DNA of 38,586 nucleotides from Nemertoderma westbladi (GCA_032718475.1 JAUCBJ010000771.1:1-38586); one strand, 5' to 3'; shown: positions 21,641 to 34,686, numbered from the stretch's first letter. Made by a program: numbers and translations. The notes: a model not told the origin generated them from the sequence alone.

Positions 21641-23067
21641 TTACGGGTGAAGGTTAAAAAAAACAGTCAAATATTTTGCCTTTATCGGAAAACTGGAGAA
21701 CTGCCGCAGACTGGTCAGCGTCCTCCCAATAAATTCAGCCTAATGGTTGAGTAAACATCTGCTAAGCATTAGATAAAAAGCATTATACATAACGAAATGG
21801 GAGAAGGTTCTTCACTTTGAATTTACTTCACTGAAAATTTAAAACGGTTTTCAGATTCGGAATCCTGCAGATGAAGGCGGTTCTAATGATATCTAGATTT
21901 CATTCCAAAGTCGAAAAATAAAGCCGACAGAGGTGGCTAAATATTGCCAAATAGAAGATTTTTTTCACGGCTTGTATCGAAATAGCTCATAAATTGAAAA
22001 ATCTGACAACAGTAAGAAAAGTTACCTAACTATCATTATACCAAATTTCGTAGCATATGATAGAAGTTTGAAAAAAATTAGGGGGGGGGGGGGGGGGTCT
22101 CCACCTTGCTAAAAATGGTTGTTTTATTAAGGGATATGGGGTGTCACTTATAAAGAATAAATTCGTCACGTGACCACAAGATTAACGTAGGAATGCAGCC
22201 AATTTATATAAACGAAAAATTGTTAAAAAATTTTAAAATTTGGGAACATTTATTTTTCATGTTATTATATAGAGTTCTGTATGTTTTAGTCTGTATGTTT
22301 GTAAGTTTTAGTAATAATTTTATCTAATAAATAAAGTTACCTGAGTGCGAATTCCGAAAATTAAGATAAAATAAAAATATTTTCAATCCTTTATATTATA
22401 CACTACATTGCACCTCCCTCCTCCTAGTGCGGTACAGTAGGATATATTTATTAAATATCTTGATTGAGAAAGTGCAGTTTTGTTTTAATTCAGTAATAAT
22501 TATGTATCGTTCACATTTGTTGTACTTTATATACGGCGATTTATGATATATAAATGGAATACTTAGGCCTGCTACTGTACTAACAACAAACAAACACATG
22601 TTTAGGTAATAAATATATTTTATCATCTCCAGTAAATTAAAATAGCTACTGTACAGTAGTACAGTAGGTCTAATGCATTAATGCTAAGCCTACTGTATGT
22701 GCGTATATTGTGTAGAATTACTCTGTTCAGACAATGTCTACTGGCCTACTCAGTACGCAGCACAATTATTGTGAGGTTCAATCACGGTCAACTAAACTCC
22801 CTTTGAGTATCTCAATTAACTACTGTATAGCTGTTTGCAAATATAAGATGTATGATAAAATAAAATGGAGAATTGTCTTAAAAGTGAATTATGAAGAGAT
22901 GTTGGCTACCTGTAGTGTAGGCCTACAGAGACACTTTAACCAAACAATAAACATTCTCGTTGGCAATTGAGAGAAAATAGCAAATTATATTTGTGATCAC
23001 TGTGAATAATATCTTAATAAATATATTTATTATAGGCGAACACTATTTTTTTTGGAAAATTGTATGT

Positions 23068-23505
23068 TATTTCTGCCGAAATATACAACAAAATGATTCT
23101 ACATAGAATTCGGCCTCACATAGAGAAAGTGATGGGTAAGGACCAAATGGATGTCGACCAAATAGATCAACAATAGCTCAGATATTTTCACTACGGACAC
23201 TGATTGAGGGACAGATTAAGATTCAGTGGGCACTGCCGGAGAAGTAATCATGAGGTCATACCAGATCTACTTCTCTGGCAACCAACTCATGGAAAGCGTA
23301 GTCGTGGACGACCGGCCATAACATATATAGATCAACTTGAAAGGGATACTGAACTTGGGAGAAACGAAATTGCGACAACTATGGAGAATCCACTGTCCGA
23401 GTTCGCTCGACCTAGTAGTAGTTGGAGAATCGGGAAGCCTGAAAGGATCTCATTTCCACTGTCCGTGTTCGCTCGACCTAGTAGTACTGTAGTAGTAGTA
23501 GTACT
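23068..23505 (+). mobile_element. Internally deleted RTE remnant (second family)
   Basis: ISAEIYNKMILHRIRPHIEKV...RSTIAQIFSLR is joined directly to RLRFSGHC...LLLWQPTHGKRSRGRP, followed by a (TAG)n tail. Confidence 0.8.
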
Positions 23506-24427
23506 GTAGTATGTTATTTGTGAAAGAAGTATTCATTTTGTATTCATTCATCGAAAACTAATTGGGGCTTTAAAGCAATGTTTTGGGTAAATTATTATTA
23601 TATTGTTTGGTTTATCCGAAATTATTTGACCTACAGTATATAGGCTTTGGAATATAACATAGGCCGCCTCGCCTAGAGTTAGGGTATTACTAAATCTGGG
23701 TATTTAATTCTATACAGTACCGCTAGATAAAACAGGATGTTACATAGTGTATAAATTTATGCGGCGGCTGAATATATAATATATGGCTGGTGAAAATTCT
23801 TTATAGGGCGGGCCGCGGGCCAGAATCCAATCACACAGCATAGGAGTTACAGGTACAGTCAGTACGGGTCGACACCAAATACTTCCAATTCCCAGTCTAT
23901 CCGTACGCCTACTCTGTACCAGTTCAATAGTTACCGGTACGAGCAAGTACTACCATCAAAGATTACAATTCTCGTCTCTTTTACTCGTCTTTAATCATCG
24001 CTGGTGCTCGGATCTTAAAACTTCTCCCATTGTAATCTTGTAAGGGGTAGATCATTCAAACTACACACAAGATCGATGTCTTGTATTTGTATGATAAAAG
24101 TTCTGAATATTTGTTGCAAACGCTTAAAAAATCAAAACACGGAAACAACATAAATGTTGATGATGTCATAAATTTGACCAATCACAGCTCTCTCCACCTT
24201 GTCGTTTACAAATAATTCTATGACCCAATCAAATCACTCGCTCACTGACATATTGCACTTACTTTAAACCAAGTCGTGTCAAGAACCAATATCCTCGCAC
24301 CTGCCTTCTTTTCATCCAACCAATCACTACTCTCCGTAATTCTAACCAATCACCTTAACAATTTCCTTAGCTTCTCCCTTTCACATACTCAACCAATTAC
24401 AACCCACATCAACCAATCAGTACTTAC

Positions 24428-24625
24428 TTCCTGTGGTGCTCCCAGTTATGCTACTGACTGCACTCAGCGGCCCTTTCCCAGCCCCGGTTTCTGCGACAAC
24501 TCGGACCCAATACCTCATTCCGAGTTCCACTTCATTAATAGTTGCCATAGTAACTGGTCCCGTAAGCATAGTCTCCCATGACGTTACAGGTATAGCCCCT
24601 TCCGATGTATACCGAACAGTGTATC
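24428..24625 (-). CDS. LAR-like receptor gene, exon 4 of 5 found (second half of FN3-2)
   Basis: Acceptor ttttccag, donor gtaagt, phase 1 to 1. Encodes YTVRYTSEGAIPVTSW...YWVRVVAETGAGKGPLS...TTG. Confidence 0.88.
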
Positions 24626-24775
24626 CTGGAAAATAGATTGTAAATTTTAGATTATAAATACAATATTACAGCTCTTCTAATAAACTTGTAAAACCATTCA
24701 AATCACACGGCATTAATATTATATTAGTATTTACATGATAAGCCTATATATATACTAGTGTCATGAGATATTTAA

Positions 24776-24960
24776 GGAGGGTATACACCTCCCATTGGGT
24801 CAACATTTCCGATTTTCTTTCATTTCATTTCGCCAAGAATTTAATGAGGACTTGATATCTGAAAAGGAGTTTGCGATATCCCGTTTAGTTCTCGAATGAA
24901 CACTGTCTGTACGTCTGTCGGTCTGTCCGTCAGTCTACATTTCACCAATCATAAAAACTG
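24776..24960. mobile_element. DINE-like repeat fragment
   Basis: Hairpin GGAGG...CCTCC and a degenerate (GTCT/GTCC)n core at 24904-24935. Confidence 0.3.
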
Positions 24961-25189
24961 AAGTTAAAGGAAATGAAGTTACTGATCACGAAAATCCCGG
25001 TAATGTAAATTTTAGCTCGGTGGCGTGCTTTCTTTTAGTGTTTGCCAGAGATTATTAATAAAACTAGACCACACAGAGTGTTTTGCTCGGGAAGCTATTA
25101 TACTTTTAAGGCAATTATCTCGGAATAACATTTTAAATTTTCAAATTTCCACTCTTCCGCCGTTTTCAATAAATTTTCTTTATTTTCGG

Positions 25190-28037
25190 TATATATATAT
25201 GTTTATTGACAGATATTTTGAGTGAAATAACCAGGTACAAATACAAATACAAATAATCCTGAGAAGGGTAATTACATACAATGTAAACAAAACAATAAAT
25301 GTCCATTAAGAATAATAATACAGGCACTTAATGAAAAGAAAATTTAAATACTATGTAAGATAGAGATATAGATAATAAAGCATTTCCTAATTTAACTAAA
25401 CATCTCTTGAATCTTGTAACAATAAGCACATAAGCTAGCCAATTTCACTTTAGGGCAACTAAATAAATCATGGATATAGTTATAATTATCAAAACCAAAA
25501 TTAGACCTTAAAATAGCAGTATACCGACAACGAAGCAAAACATGTTCTTCATTTTGCACTGAGCTTAAATCACACGAACATACTCGGTCTTCGGATGGGA
25601 TACGAGCCCATCTTCCTTTCTCACTAGCTAAGTTATGTGAGAAGGTGCGATATCGAGTAAATGCAGTGCGATGAAAGTCGGGAATATAGGCGGTACTACT
25701 TAAATAAATATCATGCACACCTAATTTAGGATTTAGTATACTACGATATAACTGAAACTTAGTAGCTGTAATTGGTTTAGCTAAAACTTTTAATCTTACT
25801 GCACTTAGAGATACTGAGGAAAAGTTAATATTGGTTGATTCACTTAGTAAGTTGTACATGCTGATATTTGAATCCGAACATAATTTAAATACTTGTTTAA
25901 TAGGTAATGAGTCATTGGCTGTGATCGAATATTTTTTAAAGAATCTGACCCGGGCTTTCAAAATCAAAACAGCTAGGGGTTCGAACCCACCCTCCAAAAG
26001 ACAGATATCGTTCGGTGTGGTGACTCGTACCCCCAGCAAAGACTTTATTGCCTTCATATATAATCCTTCAATTACTTTAAAATTCTTGGTTAGCCACGAT
26101 TCACAACCATAAATTAACACCGCAGATAGGCATGCATTAAATACTTTACGTTTCAGAATAAATGGCATCGAGCAATTAACAGCGCAGAATATCACAAATT
26201 TATTTACAGCATCTTTACATCTATCGGCATGTAAATCTAAAACAGAAGACATCTTTGCGTCTTCGCAAAAAGGGGATCCTAAATAAACGTAGTTGGTGCA
26301 GTGACCAACTACATTCCCACGAAAAACTATTGGTAATTTGTCCGTTTGGCTACCATTAACTACAAAAAATTTAGTTTTTTTGCAATTTATTATCAATCCA
26401 AAATCAGTACAATAATTTACTAAAACATGAAACTTATCTTCACAAGCTTTGCGACTGGTTGACAGAATTACAGAATCATCCATTAGCAATAATATTTGTA
26501 TTACTCCCAGATAACCATCAGTGCTATAAGCTGTGCGTAATCGTAACACAAACTGATTGAGATAAATACAAAATAGGGTGACACTGGAAGGTGCGCCCTG
26601 CTTTACACCAAGACATGAAATAATGATAGCATCACGTAATAAATTTTTTGTACAGATATAAATACTCTTAATTGCATATAACATTAATTTTCCACATCCC
26701 GCGTCACGAAGCACTTCTAATAACTTGTTGCGAGGTACTAAATCGTAGGCCTTTCTAAAATCTATAAACATAACAAAAAGTTTTACTTTCTTTTGAGCTG
26801 CATAACCTATCAGTAGTCGTAAAGAAACGATTTGTTCTGTACAACCCCTAAGTTTCCCGCAGCCTGCTTGACAACAATCAATATTTATCCATCTTAGTAG
26901 CCTCATATTAATCAGAGAATCGTAAAGTTTGGCCAGTGAATCGGTGAGACTAATTCCACGATAATTGTCACATGACATAAGTGAACCCGCACGTTTATAC
27001 AATACAATCAAACTGCTGGAACACCATGACATGGGGTAACGCGCATATTGGAAGACAGTATTAAACAAGGTCAATAGGAAAATTAACCACGAGCCAGGTA
27101 ATTTGCAAATCAGGCCCAAACTAGCTCCAAAATAAGATTTATTAACTTTTACATCGGTTAACAATTCCGCAAACTCCCGCTTAGTAAAGGGGTCGTCTAG
27201 ATCGGGGATATTGGGGGATGATTCGAAATCTATGTTATCGCAGTCGGTAAATGATTCATGATTCCCTGGGTTCAATAGTTTCTCAAAGTGCGCTTTGAAC
27301 TGGGCGGGCGGCGGTTGCTCGGCGGAGAGGTTCTCATTTCCATTGTAAATACAGCCTTTCCAGTTTATAGATTTCCAGATTTGTTTCGGGTCATCATTAT
27401 CTAGCAGCGTTTCCCACCTTGAGTAACTCTCTTTGCCACCATGCGTTGAAACGGGGGTGATAGGCTGTTTGCGAGCTGTCCTTGAGCAATCACGAACGAG
27501 TTCATTAAAGTTCCTGGATGTTTCATCTACCTGATCGGGTGTTAATCCGATGATCAATGGGGGTTCGATCGAATCCATTAAGTCGTGAAATCGTTCACAG
27601 TCAACTTTTACATGGGATAGACTCTTATTGTGAGTCACACTGCCATCCCGGTGGCCCGATATACCTAATAAAGAGGCACGTTTGGTCAACTGCTCCAATG
27701 ATACCATTTGTGATTGAATCTGAATCACTAAACAGCCGTGATCAGACCAAGCTCGCGGTTCCAGTTGCGCAATCGATTGGTCGATTTCGCATGATAATAT
27801 GTTATTTATGATATTACCTTTCACAATTCCAATATCGATTTCGGAGATCCATTTCTTCCCTTGCCTATATGAAAGTGTACCTCCAAATTGTCGAGAGTTA
27901 TGTTTAAGGTGGTTCAAAACAAGTGTATCAGTAGATTTACAAATCGAAAGCAACTCATTGCCGTGTGAATTAATCGTGGAATCTGCTACACCGGAATATT
28001 GAACACCGTCAAACTTCTTTGACGGTACATTCGAACG
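25190..28037 (-). mobile_element. 5'-truncated RTEX-like LINE (partial endonuclease, RT, C-terminal CCHC); stop at 25392
   Basis: The frame is open upstream of 27953 (DSTINSHGNELLSIC). Motifs SDH, NYRGIS, IDFRKAYD, GVKQG, LLLMDD and C-terminal HNLASEKGRW...RVCSC...NEEHVLLRC. Minus-strand AATAAA at 25202-25207, then (TA)n. Confidence 0.85.
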
Positions 28038-29538
28038 GGTTTCAGGAGTTCTTTAAAAGTTATCATGTGGAAATTTTAAAAAGAAAAAAGTGTGTTTTGT
28101 GTGAAAAGTAGGACTTTGAGCATTATGACCCGAGTGTATTTATGTTCAGAGCGAGCGCAGCGAGGGAGGTTTACATGAATATAGAAGAGTTTCAAACGCG
28201 GAATAATAGCCCTTTTACACAATGATGTACGCTATTTTGTTACATTTCCAACTTCTTGGCTTTCTGAACGGTTAATTATTAGCTTTAAGATTTAGATTAT
28301 ATTTAGGAATATAAATGAAATTAATATCTTCGTACGCGTTATGAAATTACGTGTAATCTCTACCATTAGAACCTACTGTAATAACTACTTACACCACCAT
28401 TGTGTAACCCGAAAAATAAAATATATTAAACATTTTATAAATAAACGAGAATATTTTAAGTTGACTGAATCAAATAATAACGAACCTGTCTTTAGACTGG
28501 GTAGTTTTTGTCTAAAGCTGAGGCCGGCAAAAACACGATGGATATATATATTTATATATTTACCTATATCACTATATATGTCACTATGTATGTTCACCAA
28601 ATGGCTTGAAACCACTTGCATGCATTGTAAAATTGTAAACGCAAGTATTTATTAATTGTTGTCTAGTTGTTGAATAAAAAAGTTGGGAACGATTCGAAGT
28701 GCGATATTCGAAATATTTGCATATTTTCAACATTATTGAACGCGAAATTAAATACCCACAACTCCCTTGCTTGAAATGTTTTTCAGGTGATTGATATTTA
28801 GCAATTATTATGAGGTTACTTACTACTGAAATCTGACAGAATGCCAAACGTATTATTATAGTTCTATCTCTATTCAGCCAGTTAGTGTAATGTCAAGCAG
28901 TACATCATTTATATATCGTATGTATCTATAGGGCCTAATTGTCATCGTTATAATACTGTCATCAACTTAGGCTAAGCTCAATTGGAATGCAAAGGCTTAG
29001 AAGGGTTTTGTATATCTGGGACGTTTACAACAGCTGTCGATTAAACTAACAAAACCATAAAACTGAACCAGGGTGGCTGCCAGCCGGGTACCAACGGCTG
29101 TTGGGTAGACTTAAGGGAACATTTCACAAACTTTCATAGGAGGCATGTACATGTACATTATATTGGTTGCTCCGATGTTTTTATTAGGCTAACTGAGAAT
29201 GTATCAGGTATAAATACTGTAATTATAGTGTTCTTTATTTTATTTATCTAATACAGAAAAGACCCCTCCGCAGAATAAACTGCTCTTTTGGGCCGTTTCT
29301 CAGGTTGCGGATATGGATACCATTTCACACATCGTAGTAATTGTGATTATGATTTGTTTGCCTAGGCGAATGTGTATTACATTAGATGGGAGGCAGTTTT
29401 TTGGTTGATGCAAGTCATTCTTGGTTGCATCTTCCAATCCCATCTGTTTCTTGGAGTCTGTGTAAGACAGGTTCGTTTAAAGCCATCTTGATGGCGTTCT
29501 AGTACCGTAATTAATAATTATGAAATATGGAATATTAC

Positions 29539-29770
29539 CTGTTATCCGTCCCTGCGGTTTGATTGGTGGTTTCCAAGCAACCAGTAATGACGATGACGAG
29601 ACGAAACGTAGAGTGACGTCACGCGGAGGGCCTTCCGGAACTTCTTGGGATGTCTGCACGTTGACGGATTGGGAGTGACGACTGCGTTTATTGTTTAGAA
29701 TGGCGCGCACGGCCAGCTGGTACCAAGTGTACGGCTCCAGGTCCTGGACAGTCGCCGCAGTTTGGAAAGT
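29539..29770 (-). CDS. LAR-like receptor gene, exon 3 of 5 found (end of FN3-1, start of FN3-2)
   Basis: Acceptor ttttgcag, donor gtaata, phase 0 to 1. Encodes LEPYTWYQLAVRA...PEGPPRDVTLRFVSSSSLLVAWKPP. Confidence 0.9.
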
Positions 29771-30192
29771 CTGCAAAATGAATAAAGTAAAGGCCTAAAC
29801 AATGGGTATGAAGAATATGAAAAATTGGTATAATATTAAGATTTTTCAAAACTATTGACTTCTTGAATTTTCGTGGACCAAATACTCAAACTAGAATATA
29901 AGAAGGCAATTACAGTAGTTAGCAGTTATTTTCTGTATTTTATAATGAATGCATTTCGATTTTGTGACTACTGACATGTTAGTTGTTTTTCTGAAAATTA
30001 ATGGATTTTTTATAGAAAGTTTATGGATTGTGGTTAGTAAGAATTTATATTGTTTCAATACGGTTGAATTATCTATACTTATATAGAAAAGACACCAAGA
30101 GTGCAACTCTTTTACTTTTAAATTTTGATTAAGAGAACTGTTTAATACTGTTACTTATATGAGTGAGTCTTATATTATATAATAATATTTAC

Positions 30193-30353
30193 CGGTACGC
30201 CGATTTGTTGCCATTTGTGGTCGGGTCCCATCTTCTTGCGAATGTAGACTCTGTATCTAATGTTACTATCAGTGGAGTTGTGAGACCAGGTGAATGAAAC
30301 AGAACGACTAGTTACCTGGGTAAGTCGAAGACTACTTGGTTCAGCAGGTCCCT
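30193..30353 (-). CDS. LAR-like receptor gene, exon 2 of 5 found (first half of FN3-1)
   Basis: Acceptor gtttcag, donor gtaaat, phase 1 to 0. Encodes GPAEPSSLRLTQVTSRSVSFTWSH...YRVYIRKK...W. Confidence 0.88.
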
Positions 30354-30437
30354 CTGAAACGAATTAAATGTTAGATAATTACATAATATGCGATGAGAAT
30401 GCGAGAAGCTTTTAGGCTCATTAAGCCAAGGACTATC

Positions 30438-31752
30438 TGTTCACCACCATGGGTGATCTTCCACAGTAAACCCTTCCACTATGTTTCCTAAAGGAATGCT
30501 TGTTCACCACCATGGATGATTTTCCACAGTAAACCCTTCCACTCGGTTTCCTAAAGAAATGCCTGTTCACCACCATGGGTGATCTTCCTGCAGTAAACTC
30601 TTCCACTCTGTTTCCTAAAGGAATGCCTCTTCACCATCATGGGTAATCTTCCACAGTAAACCCTTCCACTCTGTTTTCTAAAGGAATGCCTGTTCACCAC
30701 CATGGGTGATCTTCCACAGTAAACCCTTCCACTCTGTTTCCTAAAGGAATGCCTGTTCACCACCATGGATGATTTTCCACAGTAAACCCTTCCACTCTGT
30801 TTCCTAAAGGAATGCCTGTTCACCACAATGGGTGATCTTCCACAGTAAACCCTTCCACTCTGTTTCCTAAAGGAATGCCTGTTCACCACCATGGATGATT
30901 TTCCACAGTAAACCCTTCCACTCTGTTTCCTAAAGGAATGCCTGTTCACCACCATGAATGATCTTCCGCAGTAAACCCTTCCACTCTGTTTCCTTAAGGG
31001 ATGCCTGTTCACCACCATGGGTGATCTTCCACAGTAAACCCTATCACTCTGGTTCCTAAAGGAATCCCTGTTCACTACCATGGGTGATTTTCCACAGTAA
31101 ACCCTTCCAGTCGGTTTCCTAAAGGAATGCCTGTTCACCACCATGGGTGATCTTCCACAGTAAACCCTTCCAGTCGGTTTCCTAAAGGAATGCCTGTTCA
31201 CCACCATGGGTGATCTTCCACAGTAAACCCTTCCACTCTGTTTCCTAAAGGAATGCCTGTTCACCACCATGGATGATTTTCCACAGTAAACCCTTCCAGT
31301 CGGTTTCCTAAAGGAATGCCTGTTCACCACCATGGGTGATCTTCCACAGTAAACCCTTCCACTATGTTTCCTAAAGGAATGCCTGTTCACCACCATGGGT
31401 GATTTTCCACAGTAAACCCTTCCAGTCGGTTTCCTAAAGGAATGCCTGTTCACCACCATGGGTGATCTTCCTCAGTAAACACTTCCACTCAGTTTCCTAA
31501 AGGAATGCCTGTTCACCACCATGGGTGATCTTCCACAGTAAACCCTTCCACTCTGTTTCCTAAAGGAATGCCTGTTCACCACCATGGGTGATCTTCCACA
31601 GTAAACACTTCCACTCAGTTTCCTAAAGGAATGCCTGTTCACCACCATGGGTGATCTTCCTGCAGTAAACCCTTCCACTCTGTTTCCTAAAGGAATGCCT
31701 GTTCACCATCATGGGTGATCTTCCATAGTAAACCCTTCCACTCTGTTTCCAA
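30438..31752. repeat. 63-bp minisatellite, about 21 copies
   Basis: Unit GTTCACCACCATGGGTGATCTTCCACAGTAAACCCTTCCACTCTGTTTCCTAAAGGAATGCCT. Confidence 0.98.
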
Positions 31753-31890
31753 AGTTACCTTGGTTCAAATTTATAGACCAGGATAAAAGCCCGGGTTGGA
31801 CTAGGCAGCAGCATTTAAAAACTCTGTGCCCAAATAGTGCTGCCCAATCCAGGGATCGAACCAGTGCCTCCTGTTTGGAAGTCCCAGGAA
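31753..31890 (-). mobile_element. tRNA-derived SINE head adjoining the 63-bp array
   Basis: Minus-strand B-box GGTTCGATCCC (31852-31862), preceded by CTTCCAA (a Gly-TCC-like loop). No full cloverleaf or clear A-box. Confidence 0.45.
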
Positions 31891-33696
31891 AGTTAAGACC
31901 AACCTGTTGCTTAATAAATAAGAATTAAGAAAGGATTAAGTCTCAAGAAGTATAAATATTTCCTATTCTTTCTTCTCTTATAAATATTAGCGAAATGATT
32001 TGTTCTAGATGGAGTGGTCAGAGAGGAGTCGCGGTGTCAATAGATTTGTAATAACAGCTGTTGTCATGAATTCAATGCAATCGCGCCAACAACGAAGTAA
32101 TAAGGCGAATTCGTTCTTATTTTTGTAAATAAAACAAGTTGAGATGTTTCAATTTAAATTGCGATTTAAAAATTATTGCGATTAAATACAACAATTATAT
32201 TATTATTAAAACAGAGTACATTTCAGTACACTGAACACCCCCATCGTCAACAGAAGTACTCTGTCTAACTAAAATTTATTCAGCTGGCCTGTCACCTAAC
32301 ATAGCACAGTGAGTATAACCTTGAAGATATTCCCATAGGATTCACTGGGAAGAGCTGTTCAGCTGACGGGGTAATACATTACAAACTAACAGTGGATGTT
32401 TGCTTACTGTTAGAGTGAGTGAGTAATTTAGGCCTATCCATTCAATAGCTTTACTAGGCTCTCACTATCATTTTATCATGAGCACCAGCTGGTATTTTGA
32501 TCTAGGTCAGTAGTCATAGCTTTTTTTTTGTAATGTAGTAAAAGTTATATTTTTAAACTGAAAATTATTTTCGCGAAGTTATTACCATATTTTTGTAATT
32601 ATAATATATTACTAGAAATACAATAATATACTCCGTGGATTATTTTTTGAATTCACACAAAGTATTCCTTTTAAATATGCGGCAGCTACTATGGTTGTAA
32701 CTCTTGTACGACATGGTACAAGTAGCACATTTTAATTTAATACATAAATTAAATTATCCTTCACACATTCGAATCATACCCATTTCACGGCTACACGGTG
32801 AAAATTTTATTATTCATATCATTTTGAATTGTTTCGCCCAAAATATCATTATCAAATGGAATATAATTTACGAATCTTATTATAATAATATCCAGACCTA
32901 GGAAACTTGGCATAAAGTTCATATGTTATCAATATAAATGTATAAATTTGTTTGAAAATCGGTATTATTTAAGCATAAATAATAATCTACTGACATACTA
33001 TCTTTTCTCCACATATTTTCAACAATCTTACATTCAATTTTCATTTCTAAATTAAATTATTTTTAAACATCTTTATTGATTCGTTTCAACAAATAAAACT
33101 AATTTTATACTAATTTATTTATCATTTATAACAATAGAATTATTAATATTTTGTTATATTAATAAACTGATTTTAGCAAAAATTTCCTTTTTTGCTTTGA
33201 TAAGTTGAACGCTGATAAGTGAAACAGTAGGGTGAAAATTAATTGACTTAAAAAAAAATTAAATTAAATTAAAATAAAATAATAATTACTTGTATAATAA
33301 GGAATTGGTTGTGATCTTACTAACTATAATGTATCTAGTATTTTAGGAATAACATGTGCTTTTCTATGATTTTAGAATGTTCTGGATCAAATTTTTGTTC
33401 TAGAACATTTTTAAAGCAGGGTATAATATAAATATTATCACAAATTAAATAATGATCTAAAAAGAATGTTTTGTAAATAAAAACAAATATTTGAATATTT
33501 TAAACCATCATAAAAAATTTGTACCGAAAAGCAGATTTTCAACCAAAATAAAGAATATCAATATTATTGTCGTATTACAAACAAAGTAAATGATTCATCT
33601 TAATTTATAGTTTTCTACTAAAAAGTAAATAAACATTCGGATTTAAATATCGTCTTCTCTTTCAGTATTACATAATTTACTATATTTTGAAATAAT

Positions 33697-33996
33697 ATGA
33701 GTTCCCATGACAACTGGAGCGATATTTTTCGTGTATTCGGGTTTCAAGGGAATCAGACAACAGCTCCTGATATCGGAACACCAACACCTCAGTCACCTGA
33801 ACCGGTATCACCCATCATTTACATCTTCTCGGTTTATATCAGCCTCATCATTCTTGTGTTTCTGATTCTCGGACTCCATGTGGTCCGAAAATTAGTTCGG
33901 CTTAATCGAATGCAATTCCGACCCCTCGGGATAGGGGTAACCATGGAGATGAGGACGCGAAACATTCGGATCTTCAACAACCATGTCGCGAGCTAA
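33697..33996 (+). CDS. Putative 99-aa single-pass membrane microprotein
   Basis: GC-richer island in very AT-rich DNA. N-terminal NWS and NQT sequons, T/P-rich stalk, hydrophobic stretch IIYIFSVYISLIILVFLILGLHVV followed by RKLVR. Acceptor-like cttctctttcag ends at 33664. Confidence 0.55.
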   Translation: MSSHDNWSDIFRVFGFQGNQTTAPDIGTPTPQSPEPVSPIIYIFSVYISLIILVFLILGLHVVRKLVRLNRMQFRPLGIGVTMEMRTRNIRIFNNHVAS

Positions 33997-34686
33997 ACTA
34001 TTCGGGGAGTAATGACGTCATAGTATTGGTTGACGTATGATAAAACAGTGTGGAATATCTGACGCTTTGTTTACTGTAGAGTTCGTTGTGACTCTGTGAA
34101 TTTTTCTGCTGTTGTGTGTTTTACCACGTCCCGTTATTTAGTTATAAAAGAAGGGGGGGGGGGGGGGGGGGGGGGGTAATGTGTGGGGTATGGTTGGGTT
34201 GTTGATGTATTATGCAGATAGTAGCGAGCAAAGTAATTTTCATTACATATATATCGGTTTAAATATTGTAATTGGAAATGACAATGTAAGATATTCTATC
34301 GCTTATTTTGAAGTCTTTGAACATAGTTATAATGTATAGTTGAATTATTTACGGTATTTCAATCGAACGAGATAAAATATGTTATATTTCAAAATACGAG
34401 TTTCAAAATAAAATTATATTTGACACTTAAAATGTAGAGGTTAGTTACAAGTGACACGTTCTTCGGCTCCTCGTAGCACAAGCTGACTGTCGAATATCAA
34501 ATATTTTGACATGTTTACCGAGTTTGATTTAATTCATTAAAGATTGAGTGAGTCATTAGCCTTCGAATACTTCAGCGACGACGACAGAAAGTTCTCCCTT
34601 GGTACAACTGGTGTATTAATGCACACTCTTTAGTAGTGAGTGGCTCGACACACAAACAATCAATAACATTTAGAGGTGCAACTAAC

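Noticed and set aside
23750-23843. FN3-like peptide AGRGPES on the + strand
   Set aside because: It is flanked by stops, lies on the wrong strand for the host gene, and is better explained by the GC box.
28110-28250. GCGAGCGCAGCGAG motif suggesting a non-autonomous transposon
   Set aside because: No termini or target duplication could be defined.
30551-31678. 302-aa and 68-aa ORFs with 21-aa repeats
   Set aside because: Artefact of a 63-bp unit; the frame is broken by indel units and the array is intronic.
30438-31752. Tandem hammerhead ribozyme (retrozyme-like) in the 63-bp unit
   Set aside because: GAAAC and hairpins are present, but there is no CUGANGA core and no stem I.
31840-31890. 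tRNA-Gly gene
   Set aside because: Only the B-box and an anticodon-like loop are present; the stems do not pair, so it is treated as a SINE head.
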